Below, in pieces: positions 17,989 through 27,063 of a DNA stretch of 64,000 nt. The translations under genes were made by a program, and so were the position numbers. The stretch lies in IMG/VR virus record IMGVR_UViG_3300020183_000015, positions 32,001 to 96,000 of that record. The stretch is one strand, 5' to 3'. This DNA is from a virus. How positions within the stretch are numbered: the stretch's first letter is position 1; the number at the start of each line of letters is the position of its first letter. The notes below the pieces were generated by a model. It was not told where the DNA came from. It worked only from the letters and a program-made list of their open reading frames with translations, and ran no database searches.

Positions 17989-20802
17989 ATGATATCACAA
18001 GAAGAAATTGAACAATTTCTTCAGGGAAATGATCCTGAAGAATTCATCGTATCGGTAGAATACGATTACTTATCCGACAAGATTTTTAAAATTAAAGAAG
18101 TTCCTGAAAAAGGAAAACAGATCCAACGAGATACATTGATATCTTTTGCTTGGGTAGGAGATCTACGTAATCTTAACTTCTATTCAAAATCCAAAGCATT
18201 ACAAAAAGAAGCCATGACAAAACATGGTATTATTATAGAAAAACTACGAACTGATGGTAATGATCGTTTAGAACGTGGTTTAACATTTCTTGTTAAGTCC
18301 ATGAAAGGTTATAGAAACCTGATTCAGTTCTTTAGAGAAGGTGGGGTAGATCCTTGGGGTGAAAATGTAAGAGACCTCATCATGGTATTACCTCCCGTTG
18401 AACAATACCTCATCTCAAAAGAAAAAAGATTATTCAAAGGTTTTGAGGAATACAACGACATTACGAGGATGGTATTTGACCTTGAGACGACCTCACTTGA
18501 GCCCAAGGATGGTCGTATCTTCATGATCGGAATCAAAACAAACAAAGGATTCAAAAAAGTTATTGAGTGTACCAACGAAGACGAAGAACGTAGAGGTATT
18601 ACGGAGTTCTTTAATATTATTGAGGAACAAAAACCTTCCATTCTTTCAGGGTACAACTCATTTAACTTTGACTGGTATTGGATTTATGAAAGATGTAAAA
18701 TTTTAAATCTTGATATTAAACGAGTTGCAAAATCTCTTAACACTGAGAAATCTATTTCACAAAAAGAGTCAATGTTGAAACTTGCAAACGAGGTAGAGAA
18801 ATTCACTCAAACTCAAATGTGGGGTTACAATATTATTGATATTCTACATTCAGTTAGAAGAGCTCAGGCGATTAACTCAAACATCAAAGAAGCTGGTTTG
18901 AAGTATATTACCAAATATATTGAGGCTGAGGCTACTGATCGTATTTATGTTGAGCATAACAAAATTGGGTCAATGTATCGTGAGAAAGAAGAGTATTGGT
19001 TAAATATTGAAAATGGTAAATATAAAAAAGTTGGGGTAGACCCAAAGATTGATGATATCTGTGGTAGACATTCTAAAGTGTATATCAAAACAACTGGGGA
19101 CGACATTATTGAGCGTTATCTTGACGATGACTTGGAAGAAACTCTATTGGTTGATGAAGAATTCAACCAAGGTTCATTCTTGTTGGCATCACTTCTTCCA
19201 ACAACATATGAAAGAGTTTCAACGATGGGTACTGCAACATTATGGAAAATGTTGATGTTAGCTTGGTCTTATAAACATGGACTTGCAATTCCTTCTAAAA
19301 ACGACAAAGGGAACTTCGTAGGAGGACTTTCTCGTCTAATTCGAACAGGATACTCAAAGAATGTATTAAAACTTGACTACTCGTCTCTATACCCGTGTAT
19401 TCAGTTGGTACATGATGTATTCCCCGAGTGTGATGTCACAGGTGCGATGAAAGGTTTACTATCCTACTTCCGTAACACTCGTATCAAATACAAACAATTA
19501 TCTGAGGAATATGCGACTATTGACAAAAAGAAATCAACTTCTTATGACCGTAAACAATTACCAATTAAGATTTTCATCAACTCGATGTTCGGTGCGTTGT
19601 CAGCTCCACAAGTTTTTCATTGGGGTGACATGGATAAAGGTGAGATGATTACTTGTACAGGTCGTCAGTATCTTCGTATGATGATTAATTTCTTTATGGA
19701 TCGTGGTTATACACCTTTGGTAATGGACACGGACGGTATTAACTTCTCGGTTCCTGAAAGGGTAGAGGAAAGAAAGTATGTTGGTAAAGGTCTGAATTGG
19801 AAAGTTGTTGAGGGTAAAGAATATGTAGGTGAAGAAGCTGATGTGATGGAGTTTAACGATCTTGCGATGAGGGGTGAGATGGCTCTTGATACTGATGGTC
19901 AATGGCCGGCGTGTATTAACTTGTCACGTAAGAACTACGCTCTTATCACTGCAAAAGGTAAAATCAAACTTACAGGAAACTCAATTAAATCTAAAAAAAT
20001 GCCAATCTATATTGAAAAGTTCTTGGATAAAGGTATTAAATTACTCCTTGATGGTAAAGGACAAGAGTTTGTTGAATGGTATTACGAGTATGTACAACAA
20101 ATTTTTGACTTACAAATTCCTTTGATGGATATTGCAAACAAGGCAAAAGTAAAACAAAGTATTGATGACTACATTATTCGTAGTAAACAAACAACAAGGG
20201 CAGGAAGTTTAATGTCTCGTCAGGCACACATGGAACTTGCAATTAGGGAAGGTCTTAATGTTAATCTTGGTGATGTAATTTTTTATGTTAACAACGGAAC
20301 TAAAGTATCCCACGGAGATGTTCAGAAAGTTAACAAACCAAAGAAAGGTTGGTCCCAAGAACATATTGACACTTACGGTGGAACTATTCCTAATAACTTA
20401 GATTCTATAATTCAGTTGAACTGCTACCGTATTGACCCTTTGGATTTAGAAAATAACCCAACAATGAAAGGCCAGTACAACATCCAAAGAGCAATTGCAA
20501 CATTTAACAAAAGGGTGGAGCCATTACTTGTCGTATTCAAACAAGAAGTAAGAAACGGATTGTTAGTTAAGAATCCTGAAGACAGACCTTTTTTTACTAA
20601 AGATCAGTGTGAACTAATCAATGGACAACCTTTCGATGAAAGTGATCAAGATAAGTTGGAAGACGTGATGGAAATCTCAGATGAAGAAATGTTGTTTTGG
20701 AATAGGGTCGGTGAAACTCCATACCACATGTACAAAAATGCCGATGAGTTTATGTGGAAATATCTACCTGACCAAAAATTATTCAAGCTTGAGTCCGTCT
20801 GA
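17989..20802 (+). CDS. polB: Family B DNA polymerase with 3'-5' exonuclease
   Basis: Exo motifs FDLETT, GYNSFNFD, YLDDDL; polymerase motifs LDYSSLYP, KIFINSMFG, MDTDG, RKNY. Confidence 0.95.
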   Translation: MISQEEIEQFLQGNDPEEFIVSVEYDYLSDKIFKIKEVPEKGKQIQRDTLISFAWVGDLRNLNFYSKSKALQKEAMTKHGIIIEKLRTDGNDRLERGLTFLVKSMKGYRNLIQFFREGGVDPWGENVRDLIMVLPPVEQYLISKEKRLFKGFEEYNDITRMVFDLETTSLEPKDGRIFMIGIKTNKGFKKVIECTNEDEERRGITEFFNIIEEQKPSILSGYNSFNFDWYWIYERCKILNLDIKRVAKSLNTEKSISQKESMLKLANEVEKFTQTQMWGYNIIDILHSVRRAQAINSNIKEAGLKYITKYIEAEATDRIYVEHNKIGSMYREKEEYWLNIENGKYKKVGVDPKIDDICGRHSKVYIKTTGDDIIERYLDDDLEETLLVDEEFNQGSFLLASLLPTTYERVSTMGTATLWKMLMLAWSYKHGLAIPSKNDKGNFVGGLSRLIRTGYSKNVLKLDYSSLYPCIQLVHDVFPECDVTGAMKGLLSYFRNTRIKYKQLSEEYATIDKKKSTSYDRKQLPIKIFINSMFGALSAPQVFHWGDMDKGEMITCTGRQYLRMMINFFMDRGYTPLVMDTDGINFSVPERVEERKYVGKGLNWKVVEGKEYVGEEADVMEFNDLAMRGEMALDTDGQWPACINLSRKNYALITAKGKIKLTGNSIKSKKMPIYIEKFLDKGIKLLLDGKGQEFVEWYYEYVQQIFDLQIPLMDIANKAKVKQSIDDYIIRSKQTTRAGSLMSRQAHMELAIREGLNVNLGDVIFYVNNGTKVSHGDVQKVNKPKKGWSQEHIDTYGGTIPNNLDSIIQLNCYRIDPLDLENNPTMKGQYNIQRAIATFNKRVEPLLVVFKQEVRNGLLVKNPEDRPFFTKDQCELINGQPFDESDQDKLEDVMEISDEEMLFWNRVGETPYHMYKNADEFMWKYLPDQKLFKLESV

Positions 20803-21120
20803 AGATAGTATGTACCAAACGTTCTCTACAACTTGGAAGGTCACACAAGCCCCTTTTGAAAGTAATATTTCATCCCACTCTTCGTCAATTTTGTTTTGAT
20901 CGGGTATGACTTTACAATTGGTTAATGTTTTAATTGTTATTTTTTGATTTTTTTCAGAGTTGAGTAAAAATTCACAAAAATCAATTTCTTTTATTATTGT
21001 TAACTCCTCACCATTACTTTGATAATGTGATTGTTTAACAATTGAGGTAAAAGTTGATTTCAAGGTTTCAGGTATATCCCCCTTTATTATTACTTTTCTA
21101 TGTGGTTTTCGACCTTTCAT
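20779..21120 (-). CDS. Hypothetical protein (small beta-rich, possibly structural)
   Basis: 113-aa ORF 3 nt downstream of the neck gene; overlaps the polB 3' end convergently by 24 nt. Confidence 0.6.
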   Translation of the reverse strand: MKGRKPHRKVIIKGDIPETLKSTFTSIVKQSHYQSNGEELTIIKEIDFCEFLLNSEKNQKITIKTLTNCKVIPDQNKIDEEWDEILLSKGACVTFQVVENVWYILSSDGLKLE

Positions 21121-21123
21121 ATT

Positions 21124-22248
21124 TCAAATTACATATATCTGTCTTGGCATTGCCCTAAATTTAAGTTGTTTGTTAAGATTTTCTGCCAACAACGCTTCTC
21201 TTTCCATAACCTTTTCAGGTTTCAACCTTGTTAATCTACCTTCTGCACCTGTTAGTTCTTCAATTAATTTAGTTTTTTCGTCTTTTGCCTCAGTACCCAA
21301 TGACGTATAATCCATGGTCAAATCACCTTCGGGTGTTTTGAGACTTCCGCTAAATTTACCCCTTACTCTAGAAAGGGTTTCTTTACAATATGCAGTGAAC
21401 CATCTTCTAACCCAAATCTGTGCAGGGTTATTTAGTTCGTACCAACTAATTTTTTCGAATGGTATGTCGGAAGGTAATTTAATTATATCAGGATTGTCTT
21501 TTAAACATTGATCTCTGTCACCATCACCTATATCATAGTACCAATACCAAACTCTACCTTGCATCAATTCTGCATTACCAAAGTCAAATTTACCGCCAGG
21601 TGTGTTCATTAGATGTAGTGCTTTTTTACCTTCAGGTAGTGCTGTAATTCTATAGGTCATTTCACCCGCTATGATTCTTCTTTGAATGTTAATCTCTTGC
21701 ATTCTAAGTAACATGTCAAATGCCGGCATCAAAAAATAACTACCTGACATGTTTCCCATTTGTGCGTAACCTGCAGGACCTGAAATACCACCACCTGCAA
21801 TACCACCGAATGCCCAAGGGTCAAACATTAAATTATTTAATGTTGGTGGTGTGAACCATAAAATTTCATTTAATTCTCTGTTTGCTGGAATTTCATAAAT
21901 TTGTTGGTTTGGTACTAATTGGACATAATCTTTTTTCATAACCCAATCTCCGCCGGCTTGTAGACCAACAATTTTAGAATATGCGTAAGTGTATCTTGTT
22001 TCATAATCTAAACTTTTTGTAAGAAACGCTCTTGATAAAGATTGTGTATCCAAGTTTAAATTATAAAGTGATGTCCATTGTGATTCTATCAACCAATCTT
22101 GTACGTATTGTGAATAATCGTCAATAGAATATTCTAAAAGAGTATCCATCATTTCGTCCTCTAACTCAACTGATCTAAGAGGGGCACCTAATAAATGTCT
22201 CACTTTTTGATAAAATTCTGATCTTTCTGGTTCGTTGATTACTGCCAT
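21124..22248 (-). CDS. Neck/head-tail adaptor protein (T4 gp13-like)
   Basis: RHLLGAPLRSVELEDE N-terminus and WVRRW..A..KE.L...RGKF.G....P.G.LTMD...L..EA C-terminus, typical of gp13-like neck proteins. Confidence 0.7.
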   Translation of the reverse strand: MAVINEPERSEFYQKVRHLLGAPLRSVELEDEMMDTLLEYSIDDYSQYVQDWLIESQWTSLYNLNLDTQSLSRAFLTKSLDYETRYTYAYSKIVGLQAGGDWVMKKDYVQLVPNQQIYEIPANRELNEILWFTPPTLNNLMFDPWAFGGIAGGGISGPAGYAQMGNMSGSYFLMPAFDMLLRMQEINIQRRIIAGEMTYRITALPEGKKALHLMNTPGGKFDFGNAELMQGRVWYWYYDIGDGDRDQCLKDNPDIIKLPSDIPFEKISWYELNNPAQIWVRRWFTAYCKETLSRVRGKFSGSLKTPEGDLTMDYTSLGTEAKDEKTKLIEELTGAEGRLTRLKPEKVMEREALLAENLNKQLKFRAMPRQIYVI

Positions 22249-22282
22249 CGCTTTTTTCTATAAATATCTTTTACTTAAAAAA

Positions 22283-23386
22283 TCAATTTTTGTTTTTTTC
22301 TTTTGAAATTTTAGTGGTGTATAGTTCATCCACAAATTCCCAATTTACTGAATCCCAAAATTTTTTGATGTACTCATCTCTTTTATTTTGGTATTTCAAA
22401 TAATATGCGTGTTCCCAAACGTCCAATCCCAATAATGGGTATCCACCGCCTTTTACGATGTTCATCAAAGGATTATCTTGATTAGGTGTCGACATAATTT
22501 TCAACTTATTATCATTACCAAGATATAACCACGCCCACCCCGAACCGAATCTGTCTTTAGCGGCTTCGTTGAACTCATCTTTCATTTTTTTTATGTTACC
22601 AAAATCTTGATTTATTTTTTTCAAAATTTCACCTTTGGGTAGTTGTTTTGTTGGTGACAACATTTTCCAAAATAAAGCATGATTAAAGGCACCGCCAGCA
22701 TTATTTCTGACTTTATCGTCAAATTTATTAATCGATTTAATGATTTCCTCTAAACTCAAATCCCCTTTTTTGTCCTTTAAGAATTTGTTTAGTTTGTCCA
22801 CATAACCTTTGTAATGTTTATTATAGTGAACGTTCATGGTTTTGGAATCAATAAAACGTGATAAAGAAGAATAAGAGTATGGTAGTTTTTCGATCCCTAT
22901 TTTTTTCATTTCAACTATTAAATTTTCTTTAATAGTTTCCCTTTCCTCGAAAAGAATTTGTTCTTGGAGTATTCCTAATTTGGTGTTTATAGTTTTAGAC
23001 TCATACATCATATGTTCTAAATCAGGATACTTTTTTTCAAACTTTTTAATTAATTGTCCCGCAAATGCGTTTGCTTCATCTTCATTTTGACCACCAATAT
23101 CTGGCCCTTTTTTTCTGTTTAGAATTAAGCGTTGGTGTTCATGAACCCACTCATGAGACAGGGTTCTCATTATGTCTCTGTTTAGTCTTCCTTTTGCTAA
23201 AACTTTTATTTCTGATCCTTCAGTTCTTGATCCAGTCGACATTTGACCTTCTCTGTCACCCAAAAATCGCACCTTGATGTCTTTTTTTAATGGGTACTCG
23301 GATTGCAAAAACTTTAAAAATTTTTCAATAAATTCTTTATCCGAATCTTTAAATTTTGTGTCTTTGAATAAAATAGATACTTTCAT
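22283..23386 (-). CDS. sod: Fe/Mn superoxide dismutase with an N-terminal HEXXH metallopeptidase-like domain
   Basis: LPYSY, H..KH..YV, NNAGGAFNH.LFW, FGSGWAWL, NQDNP, DVWEHAYY; N-terminal RTLSHEWVHEHQ..EDEANA. Confidence 0.92.
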   Translation of the reverse strand: MKVSILFKDTKFKDSDKEFIEKFLKFLQSEYPLKKDIKVRFLGDREGQMSTGSRTEGSEIKVLAKGRLNRDIMRTLSHEWVHEHQRLILNRKKGPDIGGQNEDEANAFAGQLIKKFEKKYPDLEHMMYESKTINTKLGILQEQILFEERETIKENLIVEMKKIGIEKLPYSYSSLSRFIDSKTMNVHYNKHYKGYVDKLNKFLKDKKGDLSLEEIIKSINKFDDKVRNNAGGAFNHALFWKMLSPTKQLPKGEILKKINQDFGNIKKMKDEFNEAAKDRFGSGWAWLYLGNDNKLKIMSTPNQDNPLMNIVKGGGYPLLGLDVWEHAYYLKYQNKRDEYIKKFWDSVNWEFVDELYTTKISKEKNKN

Positions 23387-23401
23387 TAATGATAAATATC
23401 A

Positions 23402-25171
23402 TCAACGTGACTTATTGATAAGAAATAGTATTTCCTCAACAACATCACCACTATTTTCCATTTGTTGATCTCCCATTACGGTTCGAATAATTTCTTTCTT
23501 TTTATTTAAAATGTCGTAGATTGCCGCTTCAATTGTGTTGTCAAAAAGTGGATAGTAAACTAAAACATTCGATTTTTGACCATAACGATAAGCTCTGTCT
23601 TCTGCCTGTGAATGTTCTGCAGGTACAAAAGATAGGTCATTCATAATTACAACTTCAGCCGAAGTTAAAGTAAGACCTACACCTGCGGCTTTTAAATTAC
23701 CAACAAATACTTTTATTTTTTCATCGTTTTGAAAAGAATCAACCGCTTGTTGACGCATCGCATTGGTACAACTACCGTCAAGATAAACCGCTTGTTTACC
23801 AAAGTGTTGGTAAATTGTTTGTAATGAGTCCGTGAAATTAGTAAAAATTATAACTTTTTTTCCCTGATCGATAATGTTCTCGACAAATTCGATAGTTTGG
23901 TTTACCTTCTCGTTCGCTATTACTTTTCTAACTTTCATTAGTTTTGAAAACTGAACTGTAAGAGAAGAAGACTCGTCGGGGTTTTTATCATACCAATCGT
24001 AATATTCACCCATTAACTCTTCATATTGTTTTGATTGTAATCTTAAATAAATTGGTGTAATGATTTTGTCAGGTAGATCTAAAACCTCTTCTTTCAGTCT
24101 TCGTATAATTTGTTTTGATGTTCTCTCCCTTAACTCCTCTAAATTCGAGGCTCCCGTTACGTTCCAAACTTTTCTGTTACCAGCTTTGAATTGATATCCT
24201 TGACAGTATCGAATTGCGTACGCCATCCAATTTTGAGCAACAGGACTTTCGATTATATTTAGAAGATTATAATAATTCATAGGTCTTGATGTCATTGGAG
24301 TTCCAGTCAACAACCATACTCTATTAATTTTTTTTACAAAACTATTAATTAACTTCGTTCTTTGTGCCTGAACATTAGAGATCATGTGTGCCTCATCTAA
24401 AATTACTAAATCAAAATTTGATTTTAACAATAAAGATTCATCTTTTTTCTTAGGGTCAGTTGTGTGAAAATTTTTCAGTATGTCATAGTTAACAATAACA
24501 AAATCTGATTCTGTTGAATATTTTTTACCTTCCGAAATAAAAACGGGTCTGTCTGAATAGTTTGAAATTTCTCTTTGCCAATTAATTTTAAGAGATGCTG
24601 GACAAACTATTAATATTTTTTTTGCTCCTGTTTCTAAAGCGGCAATAATTGTTGAGGTTGTTTTTCCAAGACCCATGTCATCTGCCAATATAAATCTTTT
24701 TGATCTTACCAACTTTTCAATTGCTTCTTTTTGGTGATTTAATGGAGGTCTATGACTATATTTCGAGTAGTCTATTTCCACTTTTTCTACTGTATGTGTT
24801 TTAATCAAAGCAGATTTAGGAACCCAAAATTCAGACAAAGGATCATTTTCAAAAAACTTACCCCAAACATGATAAGATTTTTCTTTTTCAACTAACAACT
24901 TTTCGATAAAGATCTTATCAGGAGTTTCTATAAGATATTTTTCTTCAGCAAACTTTTTTGCAAAGTAACTATCCAAGTCAACCCACTTTCTCGCAACTTT
25001 AGGTCTGGTATCATGATAGGTTATGATGTAGTCCGCTTGTGATCTTGTAAGGTAAAACTTTTTGGAAACTAATTTTTTATTTTTTAGGTATAGGATATAG
25101 TTATTTGCCCCCGAGTATGACTCGAGCATTTCCAATGATTTGTGTTCTAAAAGTGTTTGTATATTTTCCAA
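23402..25171 (-). CDS. SNF2-family (HARP/SMARCAL1-like) helicase
   Basis: LADDMGLGKT, CPASLK.NW..E, ILDEAH, LTGTP, GVGLTLT, QAEDRAYRYGQ. TTG start. Confidence 0.9.
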   Translation of the reverse strand: MENIQTLLEHKSLEMLESYSGANNYILYLKNKKLVSKKFYLTRSQADYIITYHDTRPKVARKWVDLDSYFAKKFAEEKYLIETPDKIFIEKLLVEKEKSYHVWGKFFENDPLSEFWVPKSALIKTHTVEKVEIDYSKYSHRPPLNHQKEAIEKLVRSKRFILADDMGLGKTTSTIIAALETGAKKILIVCPASLKINWQREISNYSDRPVFISEGKKYSTESDFVIVNYDILKNFHTTDPKKKDESLLLKSNFDLVILDEAHMISNVQAQRTKLINSFVKKINRVWLLTGTPMTSRPMNYYNLLNIIESPVAQNWMAYAIRYCQGYQFKAGNRKVWNVTGASNLEELRERTSKQIIRRLKEEVLDLPDKIITPIYLRLQSKQYEELMGEYYDWYDKNPDESSSLTVQFSKLMKVRKVIANEKVNQTIEFVENIIDQGKKVIIFTNFTDSLQTIYQHFGKQAVYLDGSCTNAMRQQAVDSFQNDEKIKVFVGNLKAAGVGLTLTSAEVVIMNDLSFVPAEHSQAEDRAYRYGQKSNVLVYYPLFDNTIEAAIYDILNKKKEIIRTVMGDQQMENSGDVVEEILFLINKSR

Positions 25172-25186
25172 TACTACTTTTTAATA

Positions 25187-25215
25187 AAAATACTAAAAAA
25201 AAAGATATTTATCAA
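25187..25215 (-). promoter_or_regulatory. Sigma70-like promoter for the SNF2 helicase, overlapping an oppositely oriented TATTTAT motif
   Basis: Minus strand TTGATA (25215-25210) -17 nt- TATTTT (25192-25187); plus-strand TATTTAT at 25206-25212. Confidence 0.45.
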
Positions 25216-25226
25216 TAAATGAGTTT

Positions 25227-25739
25227 ATGAACGGTAAAGTTCCTATTACAAGGTTAGGTAAATTTTTTGGGAGTCAGGACTTTGATTTAGAAATAGATAT
25301 GGGTCAAGAGTGGTTAATAGGTGATATGAATTTCACTTGTGTACTATATCGTGTTGATAAAAACAAAACCAAAGTAGACGACGTTTATGGTGAGGCTTTA
25401 GAGGATGGAATTAAATTTCTACCCCCTGTAGAGTTTAATGCCTACATAACAATCGCTCAACCAACTTCTGCGAAAATTGGATCTTCAAAAATACAACAAT
25501 CGGAACCTGGAAACATTTCAATTTACGTTTACATTAAAACTTTAGAAGATCTAGAGATTGATGTAAATTTAGGTGATTACATAGGTTATTACGATTCAGA
25601 AAATTTTGTTAGATATTACACAGTTGTAGACGACGGACGTGTATACTCTGACTTGAAACACACTTATAAAGGGTATAAACCTTTCTACAGATCAATAATT
25701 GGTTCATACGTTGGTCCGAATGAATTTCAATCAATTTAA
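25227..25739 (+). CDS. Neck/head-closure protein (T4 gp14-like)
   Basis: LYRVD....DDVYGE......F.PPVE..., GD.I pattern; located before terminator and sheath genes. Confidence 0.55.
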   Translation: MNGKVPITRLGKFFGSQDFDLEIDMGQEWLIGDMNFTCVLYRVDKNKTKVDDVYGEALEDGIKFLPPVEFNAYITIAQPTSAKIGSSKIQQSEPGNISIYVYIKTLEDLEIDVNLGDYIGYYDSENFVRYYTVVDDGRVYSDLKHTYKGYKPFYRSIIGSYVGPNEFQSI

Positions 25740-25741
25740 TT

Positions 25742-26782
25742 ATGGCGTTACCAAATAAAAAAGTTAAACCTTATTTACCAATAAAATATCCAAAAACCCT
25801 TTTGGCGAGAAGATACCAAATGGCGGATATGATTTCTGAAGATGGTACTTATCTTCCCAAATCACTTTTACATGCCGATTTAGATAGAGGGTTTTTAGAT
25901 TTTGTCAAAGGTTCTTTGGAGACAATAGTTGAAGGACAAAAAATTCCTGTGGTTGATATATTGATAACTTCACAAAATTGGTCTCAGTTTGTTGAAACTT
26001 GGGATTTTCAAAATATTGATAAAAACGTTGAGCCCCCATTTATTACAACCATAAGAATTCCTGAAGTGAAATATGGTAATAATCCATCTGTGACTTATAA
26101 TATCCCAAACAGAAGAACTTATTATTATATGCAAGTTCCTACTTGGGATGGTCAGAGAAACGGGATGAACATTTATAAAATTCCACAACCAGTCCCAATT
26201 GACATCAAGTTCCAAGTGGCTATTGTTTGTAATCGAATGAGAGAAATAAATAAATTTAATCAAATTGTTAATCAAACTTTTGCATCTCGTCAGGCTTATC
26301 AAGTAATTAAGGGTCATTATATTCCAATTATTAATGATGGTATTACTGACGAATCAGTTATGGATGTTGACAAAAGAAAGTATTACATACAAAAATATGA
26401 TTTTACTATGATGGGATTTTTGATGGACGAAGATGACTTTGAAGTATCTCCCGCAATATCAAGAACATTTACAATGATTGAAACAGACCTTAGAAACCAA
26501 GTGAAAAACAAAAGAAGACCTGTATCAAACACACCAAAAGAAACAATATTCAATTACCAAGTTTCTGCAGTCACCGCATCTACAATATTTGAATATACTT
26601 GTGATTTGAACTTGATTGAGTCGACTAACGTATCTTCCTTTGATGTTTACATTAATAACCTGTATTATGGGTTAGACCAAGAATACATTCAAATCAATAC
26701 TAAAGACGAGTTAAAAATTGAAATCGTTCCTTCGGTTATATCCTCAGAATCAAAGTTAATCTTTAATGAAAATTTGCTTTAA
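25742..26782 (+). CDS. Tail terminator/sheath stabiliser (T4 gp15-like)
   Basis: PP.ITTIR, PQPVPIDIKFQV..., INKFNQ pattern; located upstream of the sheath gene. Confidence 0.55.
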   Translation: MALPNKKVKPYLPIKYPKTLLARRYQMADMISEDGTYLPKSLLHADLDRGFLDFVKGSLETIVEGQKIPVVDILITSQNWSQFVETWDFQNIDKNVEPPFITTIRIPEVKYGNNPSVTYNIPNRRTYYYMQVPTWDGQRNGMNIYKIPQPVPIDIKFQVAIVCNRMREINKFNQIVNQTFASRQAYQVIKGHYIPIINDGITDESVMDVDKRKYYIQKYDFTMMGFLMDEDDFEVSPAISRTFTMIETDLRNQVKNKRRPVSNTPKETIFNYQVSAVTASTIFEYTCDLNLIESTNVSSFDVYINNLYYGLDQEYIQINTKDELKIEIVPSVISSESKLIFNENLL

Positions 26783-26943
26783 TTTTCTCCGTAGATATCT
26801 TTTTTATCTTTACACTTTTCCAATATAAGAGATTCTAAAAATCTATACATTTTTATTCCTCTTTTATCACAATATTTTTTCAGGACTTCGTGAACTTCGG
26901 AGTCAATCTTAAGGTTTTTTATCTTCTTGTTATCTTTGGACAT
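26779..26943 (-). CDS. Small ribbon-helix-helix-like DNA-binding protein (54 aa)
   Basis: Below the ORF-track cutoff. MSKDNKKIKNLKIDSEVHEVLKKYCDKRGIKMYRFLESLILEKCKDKKDIYGEN fits the RHH strand-helix-G-helix pattern. Minus-strand TATTTAT at 26987-26981. Confidence 0.65.
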   Translation of the reverse strand: MSKDNKKIKNLKIDSEVHEVLKKYCDKRGIKMYRFLESLILEKCKDKKDIYGEN

Positions 26944-27063
26944 AGGGCAGAAAAAAGGCAGAATAAAATCTTACCAAAATATAAATAGTTTTTATTATGT
27001 AAAGTTTTTACAGAAACTGTGAATATTTATTAAAGAAAATAAATAAAAATTTGAATTAAAATT

